A stretch of DNA of 64,000 bases, from positions 3,430 to 67,429 of the forward strand of contig CAZPCN010000012.1 in assembly GCA_964585095.1 (NCBI GenBank), given 5' to 3'. Both the position numbers and the translations under genes were made by a program. Below are positions 52,937 to 61,115 of this stretch, piece by piece (position 1 is the stretch's first letter; each line of letters opens with the position of its first letter). Below the pieces are notes generated by a model, which ran no database searches, was not told the DNA's origin, and saw nothing but the letters and a program-made list of their open reading frames with translations. The DNA is from an uncultured Syntrophaceae bacterium (GTDB lineage: Bacteria; Desulfobacterota; Syntrophia; Syntrophales; UBA2192).

Positions 52937-53033
52937 CGCCTGGCAGCCCTGCAGCCCTATCCCGCGTGTTCCCGGGACGTAGGCCATGAGGCTTTGCGCC
53001 CCATCCTTTCGGACGGTTTGCCCTTTTCAGGCG
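52937..53033 (-). ncRNA. Cyclic di-GMP-I (GEMM-I) riboswitch
   Basis: Minus strand CGCCTG-AAAA-GGGCAAACC-GTCC-GAAA-GGAT-GGGGCGCAAAGCC...GGGCTGC-CAGGCG: GNRA loop, conserved GGCAAACC and GCAAAGCC, P1 CGCCTG/CAGGCG. Confidence 0.9.
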
Positions 53034-53044
53034 CGTCAATTCTG

Positions 53045-53071
53045 ATATCGGCCGAACTGTGGAAAACTTTA
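53045..53071 (-). promoter_or_regulatory. Sigma-28 (FliA) promoter for the riboswitch-SBBP transcript
   Basis: Minus strand TAAAGTTT-N11-GCCGATAT versus consensus TAAAGTTT-N11-GCCGATAA; P1 of the riboswitch starts 12 nt downstream. Confidence 0.85.
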
Positions 53072-53101
53072 GCCGGCCGGGTAAGAAAAGGGTCTGCTGT
53101 G

Positions 53102-53117
53102 TGGTACGGAATTTGCT
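53102..53117 (+). promoter_or_regulatory. Sigma-54 promoter upstream of the response regulator
   Basis: TGGTACG-GAAT-TTGCT with exact GG-N10-GC spacing. Confidence 0.8.
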
Positions 53118-53274
53118 AATTTGCACGGTGAAACCGATCGGTTGTGCATCACGGCCGCACCCGGTGCTTTCTCCGCGGGCTGCGGCGCGGGGCATCTCCA
53201 ATCCCGGAAGGCAGGTGGAAGATGAACCTGAGAGAATCGACGGCTGCACGATCTCCGATTGCAAGGGGAGGAGT

Positions 53275-53659
53275 CATGGTCCAGCGACCGAAAGTGCTCA
53301 TGATCGACGACAACAAGGAAATCTGTCGTCTGATGAAGGAATACCTCGAAAAAACGGGGAAATACGAAGTGACGACCTTCACCGACGCGAGAATGGGGGT
53401 CCGTTACGCCCAGATCGAGAGGCCCGACGTGATCCTGATGGATCTCATGATGCCGGACATGGACGGCACGGAAGCCGCCGAATACCTCCTCGATGACGAG
53501 GGGACCCGGACCATCCCCCTCATCTTCATCACGGCGGCGATCAAGAAGGACGAAGCGGAAGAGCGCCTCGGCCAGATACACGGCCACCCCATCCTGGCCA
53601 AGCCCGTCACCCCTGTCGAGGTGATGAACGAGATCGAAAAGATCCTCACCCTGACCTGA
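53275..53659 (+). CDS. Single-domain response regulator (REC)
   Basis: KVLMIDD, DVILMDLMMPDMDG (phospho-Asp), FITA, LAKP; GGAGGAG RBS. Confidence 0.93.
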
Positions 53660-53679
53660 GACCAATCCCCCGGATACAG

Positions 53680-53714
53680 CAAAAAGGCAGCGCCCCGATC
53701 GCGCTGCCTTTTTG
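53680..53714. terminator. Bidirectional intrinsic terminator
   Basis: CAAAAAGGCAGCGC-CCCGATC-GCGCTGCCTTTTTG. Confidence 0.88.
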
Positions 53715-53737
53715 CGTCGTTCCATCCTGGCTTTCGC

Positions 53738-56569
53738 TTACATTTTCATGACCGTGACGGCGTCCTCGAGGCTGATGACCCCCTGGAGCACCTTGTTGAT
53801 AGCGTCCTGCTTCAGCGGGCGGAAATTGCCGTCCCGCTCCGCGACGGTCTTGATCTCGGCCGCGTCGGCGCCCTTGAGGATCGCCTCCCGCAGCCCGTTG
53901 TCGTTTACGAGGATTTCGAAGAGGGCCGTGCGGCCCTTGAACCCCGTGTTCTTGCAGGCCGGGCAGCCCGCCCCGCGGAAGAACCGGCCGCCCGCCATCG
54001 ATTCCATGCCCAGGGAAGCCAGAACCTGCTCGGAGGGCTCGTAGGGTTCCCTGCAGGCGGGACAGATCGTCCGCACGAGCCTCTGCGCAATCGATGCCGA
54101 AAGGGCCGAGGCCAGCGGGAAGCGGTCCACCCCCATCTCGACGAGGCGGGCGATGGCGCCTGCCGCATCCGATGCCGGGAGGGTGCTGAGGAACCGGTGG
54201 CTCGAGAGGGCTGTCTGCACGGCAAGCGACGCCGACTCCCCGTCGCGGATTTCCTCGAGGTAGACCACGTCGGGGTCCTGCTTCAGGATCAGGCGCAGGT
54301 TCGCTGCCAGGGTCGCCCCGGCCGCCCGGTTGAATTCGATCTGGGTCACCCCCGCGATCGGGTATTTGACGGGGTCCTCCAGGGTGAAGATCTCCGCGTC
54401 GGGCGTCACCATCCGGCGGAGCATGGCGTACAGGGTGGTGCTCTTGCCGCTTCCCTCGGGGCCGGACACGACGACGAGCCCCTGCGGCTTCTCCAGGATG
54501 TCGCCGAGACTGTCGAGGTCCTTCGGGGAGAGGCCCAGCTGTTCCAGGCCGATGGAATTCGTGCTGAGATCCGTCAGGTGCAGGATGAGGCTTTCGCCGT
54601 GGATGCTCGGGATGGAGGAGACCTGGACGCTGATGTCCCGGTCCCCGACCTTCTCCACGAAGCGGCCCTCCTGGGGGACTCCGCGGACGCTCGAGTCGAT
54701 GTTGGCGATGTCCTTGACCCAGGTGATCACGGGGATCGACATGGACTTCGGCAGGTCCGGCAGGTCATGAGTCGATCCGTCGACGCGGAACCGGACGCGG
54801 ACGTTCTTCGTCTGCGGGGTGATGTGGATGTCCGTCGCTCCCTCGCGGACGGCCTGCGCGATCAGCGTTTCGATGAAGCGGTCCGCCGGGTCGCCGTTTT
54901 CGGGGCCTGAGGGCGCCGGGTTGGCGCGTTGTGACGCCGCGGCCGGCTGCTGGCGTGCCTCGGAGGAGTAGCTGCCGGCGGGCATGTCGTAGATGAGGCC
55001 CATGAGCCGGTCGAACTCGCGCTCGGTGCAGATCACCGGCGCAACCCCCTCTTCCGACTGCATCCTGAGCAGGTCGAGGGCGTAGCGATTGGTGGGGTCC
55101 GGCATGGCCACGACGAGGTGGCGGGCGGTCTTCCTCAACGGCGCTGCCTGGTACTTCCGGGCGAAATCCATGGGGATGAGCCTCGAGAGGCTCAGGTCGA
55201 CGGGGTACTTGTCGGGCAGATAGCGCTCGATCCGGAGCTGGTGGCTCAGGATGTCCACGATCTGGGAGTCCCGGAGGAACCCCTGCTGGACGAGAAGCTT
55301 GCCGAGCCGCAGCCCCGTATACCGCTGGGCCGCGAGGGCTTCCTCAAGCTGGCTTTCGTCGAGCAGCCGCGCTTCCATGAGCAGCTCGCCCAGCTTCTTC
55401 CACTGTCCGTCGACGACCTCCAGCTCCGTCGGCGCCGACTTTCCGGCCTCGAGCTCGGTGATGAACTCGGGGAAGTCGCCCTCGATCAGGGTCTGTTCCT
55501 TCGCCACCGATGCGGCCCTCAGGAGGATTTTCTCCAGCTCCGCCACGTTGCCCGGCCAGGTGTATTCGAGGAACCGGTCCATCACTTCCCGCGTGACGCC
55601 GTGGAGACCCTTGCGAAATTCCTGGTTGATGAGCTGGATGAAGTAGTCCACGAGCAGGGGGATGTCCTCCTTGCGCTCGCGAAGGGGCGGCACGTACAGG
55701 GTGACCACATTGAGACGGTAGTAGAGATCGTCCCGGAAGGTGCCTTCCTTGATCATTCCCCGGATGTCCCTGTCGGTCGAGGCGATGACCCGCGCGCCGA
55801 GCGGGAGCTTGTCACGGCCCCCGATGCGTTTGAATTCGCCCGTTTCGAGGACCCGCAGCAGGCGGGCCTGGAGGTTCAGGGGCAGAGCGGAGACCTGGTG
55901 CAGGTAGAGGGTGCCGTTGCCGGCCTCCTCGAATTTCCCGATCTTGCGGCTCGTGGCGCCCGTGTAGGACCCCTTTTCGTAGCCGAACAGCTCGGCTTCC
56001 AGGACCTGCTCCGCGAGGCCCTCGCAGTTGACGATTACGAAAGGCTCGTTCTTCGCCGTGAAATTGTGGAATGTCTTGGCCAGGAGCGACTTGCCCGTCC
56101 CCGTCTCGCCCAGGATGAGCACGGTGCGATCCTCGGGCCGGATCATCATGATCTGGTTGAAAAGAATGCGGACACGCTTGCCCTGGCCGATGAATTCCGG
56201 GAAGAGGACCTTCCCCTCCACCTTGCTCAGCAAGTCGCTGACCTGTTCGAAGACGACGTTGAACTCCTTCAGGTCGTCCCCCTTGCTCTTCGGCTTCCCG
56301 TTGCCCTGCCTCGACACGGCGGGGATGGATTTCATCTTCGCGATGAAGCTCTTCATCGGCTTCAGCAGGAGCCACGTGATGAGCAGCGCGCACAGGAAGG
56401 AAAACGCCCCGATCCCGATTCCCCACCATTTCAGGTACAGTTCCGGATTGGGGATCAGGTTCGTGTATTTCAGGATCTGGTGGGTCGTGATGACGGAAAG
56501 CAGGGCGATCCCGCCGAAGATGATCGGGACGAGGACGTAGAGACTGATGTTGAAGCGGGGGTGTTTCAT
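53738..56569 (-). CDS. Fusion: 2 TM, HAMP-like, sigma-54 activator AAA+ domain, MshEN, GspE/PilB-type ATPase (both ATPase domains degenerate)
   Basis: One uninterrupted 943-aa ORF: GETGTGKS, ELFGYEKGSYTGA, DLYYRLNV, WPGNVAEL; KLGELL...LAAQ...RLGKLLVQQG...LSHQ; ATDIHI, RFRVDG, PQEGR, GPEGSGKST, EDPV, QDPDVVYLEEIRD, CPAC x2. Confidence 0.88.
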   Translation of the reverse strand: MKHPRFNISLYVLVPIIFGGIALLSVITTHQILKYTNLIPNPELYLKWWGIGIGAFSFLCALLITWLLLKPMKSFIAKMKSIPAVSRQGNGKPKSKGDDLKEFNVVFEQVSDLLSKVEGKVLFPEFIGQGKRVRILFNQIMMIRPEDRTVLILGETGTGKSLLAKTFHNFTAKNEPFVIVNCEGLAEQVLEAELFGYEKGSYTGATSRKIGKFEEAGNGTLYLHQVSALPLNLQARLLRVLETGEFKRIGGRDKLPLGARVIASTDRDIRGMIKEGTFRDDLYYRLNVVTLYVPPLRERKEDIPLLVDYFIQLINQEFRKGLHGVTREVMDRFLEYTWPGNVAELEKILLRAASVAKEQTLIEGDFPEFITELEAGKSAPTELEVVDGQWKKLGELLMEARLLDESQLEEALAAQRYTGLRLGKLLVQQGFLRDSQIVDILSHQLRIERYLPDKYPVDLSLSRLIPMDFARKYQAAPLRKTARHLVVAMPDPTNRYALDLLRMQSEEGVAPVICTEREFDRLMGLIYDMPAGSYSSEARQQPAAASQRANPAPSGPENGDPADRFIETLIAQAVREGATDIHITPQTKNVRVRFRVDGSTHDLPDLPKSMSIPVITWVKDIANIDSSVRGVPQEGRFVEKVGDRDISVQVSSIPSIHGESLILHLTDLSTNSIGLEQLGLSPKDLDSLGDILEKPQGLVVVSGPEGSGKSTTLYAMLRRMVTPDAEIFTLEDPVKYPIAGVTQIEFNRAAGATLAANLRLILKQDPDVVYLEEIRDGESASLAVQTALSSHRFLSTLPASDAAGAIARLVEMGVDRFPLASALSASIAQRLVRTICPACREPYEPSEQVLASLGMESMAGGRFFRGAGCPACKNTGFKGRTALFEILVNDNGLREAILKGADAAEIKTVAERDGNFRPLKQDAINKVLQGVISLEDAVTVMKM

Positions 56570-56952
56570 GGATTCTCACCTTGTGTTACAGGGCAACAGG
56601 ATTACCACAGGCATCAGCCGGACCGTTCCCCGGACGGACACGCAACGGCCCCGGCCCCTTCCCGCGATCCATGACCGGGGGAAATAAGGAGGCGGCGAAA
56701 CGCTCTGTCCAGGCGCCTTGCACGATAACAAACCCGGCTGGTTTTGCAATACGGCACCAGTATGATTTCGTTCTACGAGAATAGTATGACTGCTTCCGTT
56801 TATCGGACTCGTTCTCCCTCAAATGGATCGCAGGGGTCACTAACAGGAGTCGCGAGAAGAAGTGAAGAGAGTATCCAGCGTCGCGCTCGAGGAACGAGCC
56901 TGTCACACATGGCGAGAATTACTGCACGAAATGTACCAAAAAACGTCTGTTT

Positions 56953-57384
56953 TCACAAGGATGGATTGCGGTTCCCCCGTTCGGACAGCCTGACGGCCCT
57001 GCCGGCCAGCCGGACGACCCCCGCCCGCACGGCCCCTCGTTCATGGCGGACCTCCACGACGGCATCCGCCCCGAGGGCAAGGGCCCTCCTCATCAGGAGG
57101 ATCATGGCCCTCTTCTCGGCGACCCCGAGGAATCCGGCACCAGCCGAACCCTCGGCGACGACCGGGCCGAGATCCTTGCCCTTCCCCCTGCCGGGGACGT
57201 CAGGTGTCGTGACGATCTCGACCTTCTGTCGGAGGGCTTCCATCTCCTCCGCAATCGCGGCCAGAGCCGCCTGCCGCTCCCGTTTGCGCCGCACTTCGCG
57301 GATGACGAGGGCGTAGACCAGCAGAAAGGGGATCGCGACGAGAATCGCCGATCCGATGTATCCGAGGACCGCATCGAGACTCAT
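56953..57384 (-). CDS. Small membrane protein with YbjQ/UPF0145-like C-terminal domain
   Basis: N-terminal TM and coiled segment, IVTTPDVPG, RALALGADAVVEVR...LAGRAVRL. Confidence 0.6.
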   Translation of the reverse strand: MSLDAVLGYIGSAILVAIPFLLVYALVIREVRRKRERQAALAAIAEEMEALRQKVEIVTTPDVPGRGKGKDLGPVVAEGSAGAGFLGVAEKRAMILLMRRALALGADAVVEVRHERGAVRAGVVRLAGRAVRLSERGNRNPSL

Positions 57385-57411
57385 GGTTCATGACCCCCCT
57401 TTGGCCGAGGA

Positions 57412-58587
57412 TCAGCCTTCGGGCCCGTCCTTTTTCCCTTTCGGGCTTTTCCGGCTCATCATGTCCCCGAGGGAGCCGAAGCCCTTGGTCCCCTTCTGCT
57501 GGAGGAAGGGACGAAAGGAGTCCTCCTGTTCCTCCTCGGGCACCACGGGCGAGAGCGAGAGACGCCGCTTTGCCCGGTCCGATGTTTCCACCACGACCTC
57601 GATCGTGTCCCCCTGGGCGAGTACCTCCCTCGGGTGTCGGATCTTCTTGCCCCGGGACAGCCTGGAGATCGGGATCAGCCCGTCGACCCCGGGCTCGAGG
57701 GTTATGAAGGCCCCGAAGTCGGCAAGTCTCGCGACGGTGCCCTGGTGGCGGGAACCGTCCGGGTATCGGGTCTCCACGTTTTCCCAGGGATCCGGCAGGG
57801 TTCCCTTCACGCTCAGGGTGATGCGGTCTTTTGCCCAGTCGATGCCGAGGATGAGCGCCTCGATCGTCTGCCCCACGGTGAAGCGGTCGCGGATGTCCTC
57901 GACGCGGCCCCAGCCGACCTCGGAGATGGGCAGCAGGGCCTCGATGCCCCCGATGTCGACGAATGCGCCGAAATCCCTCAGGGAACGAACCGTGCCCGTC
58001 ACCAACATCCCTTCCCGGAGTGTTCCCTTGATGGCATCTCTTCTCTTTCGCTCTTCCTCTTCGAGGATCCTCCGTCGAGACAGGATGATCCGCCGGCCCC
58101 GCTCTCCGTACTCGATGATGATGAACGGGAGGCGCTGACCGATGAAGGCCGCCGTCGTCTCCCCGCGGGGAATACCGGACTGGGAGAAGGGGCAGAACGC
58201 CCGGTAGGTGCCGGCGATGCGGACCTCGAGCCCCCCCTTGACTTCCTTTTCCACGATTCCCTCTACGGGGATTGCATTCTGCCAGGCTTCCTCGAGGTAC
58301 TGACGCGCGGCATCCCCGGAGACCCTCGTTGTGAAAACCCTCTCACCGTGTCGCGACGAGAGGAAATAGACTTTTACGGTGTCGCCTTCCTTTACGGTCA
58401 GCTCCCCTTCCTTGTCGAGGAACTCGTTACGCTCGACGATGCCTTCCGTCTTGCCGCCGAGATCGATGAACACCCAATCCGACGTGATCTTGGCGATCAC
58501 CGCCTCAACGCTCTGCCCCTGCTTGAGCCTCACCGGCTTGCGCTCGGAGGCTTCCAGGAGTTCAGCGAAACTTTTCTCTTCTTCCAT
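57412..58587 (-). CDS. Short (4-domain) ribosomal protein S1 paralog
   Basis: SFAELLE, VFIDLGGKTEG, VKGGLEV, RAFCPFSQ, DFGAFVDIGGIEALLPISE, DFGAFITL..GVDGLIPIS. Confidence 0.88.
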   Translation of the reverse strand: MEEEKSFAELLEASERKPVRLKQGQSVEAVIAKITSDWVFIDLGGKTEGIVERNEFLDKEGELTVKEGDTVKVYFLSSRHGERVFTTRVSGDAARQYLEEAWQNAIPVEGIVEKEVKGGLEVRIAGTYRAFCPFSQSGIPRGETTAAFIGQRLPFIIIEYGERGRRIILSRRRILEEEERKRRDAIKGTLREGMLVTGTVRSLRDFGAFVDIGGIEALLPISEVGWGRVEDIRDRFTVGQTIEALILGIDWAKDRITLSVKGTLPDPWENVETRYPDGSRHQGTVARLADFGAFITLEPGVDGLIPISRLSRGKKIRHPREVLAQGDTIEVVVETSDRAKRRLSLSPVVPEEEQEDSFRPFLQQKGTKGFGSLGDMMSRKSPKGKKDGPEG

Positions 58588-58838
58588 GATCTTCTTCCGT
58601 CCAATCGTTATTTACCGCCCGTCCGCCCGTCCGCAGGGGCAGGCATCCGTGCAGGGGTCTACGTATAGTCCGACTCGGCCCATTTGTCAAACCCTCACTG
58701 CATCCCCGGGGAACCCCGGCAATTAGGGCTTGAACGGCGGGGCGATTAAGGTTATCAAGGAACCGGACCGATTAGAAAGGAAAACCCTTCCGGTGCGCGA
58801 GCCCGGAGCGGTCCCGAAATCAGACAAGGAGACTCTGC

Positions 58839-59312
58839 ATGAGAAACGCAACCTGCCCCAAGATGCTCGCCTGTACCGCCGTTTTGATCATGGTCCTCAC
58901 GGTGAGCCTGTGCGATGCGGCAACCCTTTACCGCTGGGTCGATGACCGGGGCGTGGTCCACGTATCCGAGAACCCGCCCGAGGGAAGGGTGAACGTCGCC
59001 CAGGCCGTTGTCGGGGAAGACGCCGAGAAGGGGACGAAGGCGGAGCCGTCGACGGACAAGAAGGAATTCCGGGTGCGTCCCGCGGAGGTGACCATCTACA
59101 CCACCCCCACCTGCCCGTGGTGCCACAAGGCGAAGGCCTGGCTCCGGGACAAGAAAATCCGATACCGGGAAGTCGACGTGACGAGCGACCGCAGCGGGCT
59201 CGACGAGATGGTGAAACGCTCCGGTCAGACGGGCGTGCCTGTCATCGTCGTCGGCGACGAGGTGATCGTCGGGTTCAACCAGAATCGCCTCAACGAAATC
59301 TTCAAAGAGTAG
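58839..59312 (+). CDS. Exported glutaredoxin/NrdH-like protein with N-terminal DUF4124-type domain
   Basis: Signal peptide, LYRWVDDRGVVHVSENPP, IYTTPTCPWC, GQTGVPVI. Confidence 0.85.
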   Translation: MRNATCPKMLACTAVLIMVLTVSLCDAATLYRWVDDRGVVHVSENPPEGRVNVAQAVVGEDAEKGTKAEPSTDKKEFRVRPAEVTIYTTPTCPWCHKAKAWLRDKKIRYREVDVTSDRSGLDEMVKRSGQTGVPVIVVGDEVIVGFNQNRLNEIFKE

Positions 59313-59620
59313 CAGGCACCCCCCTGCCCCCGCAGCCATGACAGCCGGCCGTGTCCGCGACGCGCCCGGCTGTTTTTCGTTGACTTGCCGGCTCTGCCGC
59401 GGGTAGAATTAATCATACCTTTTTCAGCAGACCCAGTCGCCGATTCCCGTTCGCGTTCTCAACCCAATCGTCCGGTCCCGGCATCATCCACTCATTCGTA
59501 CGAGTTATAACAGGTCAACTCACCAGCAAACCGTTCCCCGCCATCGGGCCACAGGACAAGATTCAGCCGTCACCGCCGCGTGCCCGCAACGGGGAAAAGT
59601 CCAGAACGGGAGGTGGTCGT

Positions 59621-59887
59621 ATGCTGTTCATGATGATTTGCACCTGGGATCCGCAAGACGAGCGCGAAGTCAGAACCAAACGGGCGAACTGGGAGTGGCC
59701 GAAGGAGGTGCGGGTGATCTCCGAGTACTATGACCTCCAGGGATGCAGGACCATCTACGTGGTCGACTGCGACGCCGTGGGCCTCATTGCCTGCCGTGCT
59801 GCCTGGATCAACCTGCTGATGTTCGAGATCTTCCCCGTCTGGCCCCTCGGGGCAACCAAGGATCTGGTGAAGAAACAGGGGACCTGA
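59621..59887 (+). CDS. DUF3303-like small protein
   Basis: MLFMMICTWDP...EYYDLQGCR...W...FEIFPV pattern; GGGAGGT RBS. Family assignment from memory. Confidence 0.65.
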   Translation: MLFMMICTWDPQDEREVRTKRANWEWPKEVRVISEYYDLQGCRTIYVVDCDAVGLIACRAAWINLLMFEIFPVWPLGATKDLVKKQGT

Positions 59888-59927
59888 GATGGAGGCGCCC
59901 GCCCTGAACTGAAAGGAGGTATGGGAT

Positions 59928-60110
59928 ATGGCAACGCTGGAACTGACGTCTGAGGAGGAGAAGGAGCTTCTTTCCTTCATCGAGAGGTACTATCACGACC
60001 TGCGCGTCGAGATCGCCAATACGGATGACAAGGAATTCCGACGGAGCCTGAAACACAAGGAGGTCATCATCCGGACCATTCTGGATCGAATGAAGGTCAT
60101 GAACATATGA
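59928..60110 (+). CDS. Small conserved hypothetical helical protein
   Basis: LELTSEE...DLRVEIANTDDKEFR..LK.KE; AAGGAGGT RBS. Confidence 0.75.
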   Translation: MATLELTSEEEKELLSFIERYYHDLRVEIANTDDKEFRRSLKHKEVIIRTILDRMKVMNI

Positions 60111-60261
60111 GGGTTGCGGACCGGCTCCCCGGCCTGCAGCGCAGGAGGAGGCATCGCGGGGGGAATGTCATCTTCCCTCAGAGGAGAGCAACGCGCCGCG
60201 GCCCCGGGTCATTCAGCGCGAAGCATGAAGTCTTCGCCGAGCCCGGGGCGTGAGCCCGGAC

Positions 60262-60295
60262 AAAAAAAGACCCCGTTTTGCAACGGGGCTTTTTC
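60262..60295. terminator. Bidirectional intrinsic terminator (7 T on minus strand)
   Basis: AAAAAAAGACCCCG-TTTTGCAA-CGGGGCTTTTT. Confidence 0.75.
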
Positions 60296-60415
60296 TTACA
60301 GGGGGGGAGGGAGACGACCCTGTGCGGGTCGCCTCCCTGGAGGAGATCGTTAGTTTCTGGTTTTCCGTTTTGCGCTTTTCTCGGTTTCCTGTCACTCGAG
60401 CTGTCAATCGAGTTG
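60262..60415 (-). ncRNA. Candidate sigma-54-dependent small RNA (about 150 nt)
   Basis: Bounded by a sigma-54 promoter and a U7 terminator; no RBS-led ORF fits; hairpins CTCGA/TCGAG and GGGAGGCGACCC/GGGTCGTCTCCC. Confidence 0.55.
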
Positions 60416-60426
60416 ATTCTCAGTAT

Positions 60427-60442
60427 TGCACCTCCCGTGCCA
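60427..60442 (-). promoter_or_regulatory. Sigma-54 promoter pointing away from archease-rtcB
   Basis: Minus strand TGGCACG-GGAG-GTGCA with exact GG-N10-GC spacing; palindrome CATCGA-AAAA-TCGATG at 60573-60588 as a possible activator site. Confidence 0.75.
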
Positions 60443-60663
60443 CGGGCCAATTAATTTTCAACCAGTCGAATTCATTGTGAATATCGCTTTTCCCGCGACG
60501 CCCCGGCCAGGAAGAAGACGGCAACAAATGTCGAATTTCAAGGGGCCTGAAAATCCGGAATCTGTCGGCGGGCATCGAAAAATCGATGAAAAAGAGGTGG
60601 ATCGACAAAAATGACGAAAACAGACAGGCTTTCCGGTAACGACGAAAACCGGCGATCCTGCCA

Positions 60664-60693
60664 TTGACAGGCCTGTGCCCTTGTCACTAGAAT
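60664..60693 (+). promoter_or_regulatory. Sigma-70 promoter of archease-rtcB (probably leaderless)
   Basis: TTGACA-N18-TAGAAT, then 5 nt, then ATG at 60699; no SD sequence. Confidence 0.7.
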
Positions 60694-60698
60694 CGATC

Positions 60699-61115
60699 AT
60701 GAAGCCCTATAAAACTTTCGACCATACGGCCGACCTCGGTCTTACCGTCACGGGGCAGAGCGCGGGAGAACTTTACGCAAACGCGGCGGTTGCCGTTTTC
60801 GACATGATCACCGACCTCGGGCGCGTGGAACCCCGGGAGACCCGCCGGATCACCGTGGAGGGCGACAGCCCGGAGGATCTGATCATCAACTTCCTTCGCG
60901 AAATCCTTTACCTCTATAATGGGGAACGCTGGCTGCTCAGGGAAATCCGTGTCACGATGATCGGGGACACAGGGATCGAGGCCGAGGTCTTCGGGGAGCC
61001 CCTCGATCTGCAGAAGCACGAGATATGCAAAGAAATCAAGGCAGTAACCTATCACCAGGCCAGTGTGCGCAAGGTGCCGGGGGGCTGGGAGGCAAGGGTG
61101 ATCTTCGATGTCTGA
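60699..61115 (+). CDS. Archease (RtcB activator)
   Basis: YKTFDHTADLG, IKAVTYHQ, ARVIFDV; overlaps the rtcB start. Confidence 0.95.
   Translation: MKPYKTFDHTADLGLTVTGQSAGELYANAAVAVFDMITDLGRVEPRETRRITVEGDSPEDLIINFLREILYLYNGERWLLREIRVTMIGDTGIEAEVFGEPLDLQKHEICKEIKAVTYHQASVRKVPGGWEARVIFDV

Noticed and set aside
56742-56760. Possible sigma-54 promoter for the fusion gene (minus strand TGGTGCCGTATTGCA)
   Set aside because: GG-to-GC spacing is 9 nt, not the strict 10.
60178-60450. Minus-strand 90-aa and 64-aa ORFs across the sRNA region
   Set aside because: One starts within the sigma-54 promoter, both run through the terminator, and neither has an RBS; a non-coding interpretation fits better.
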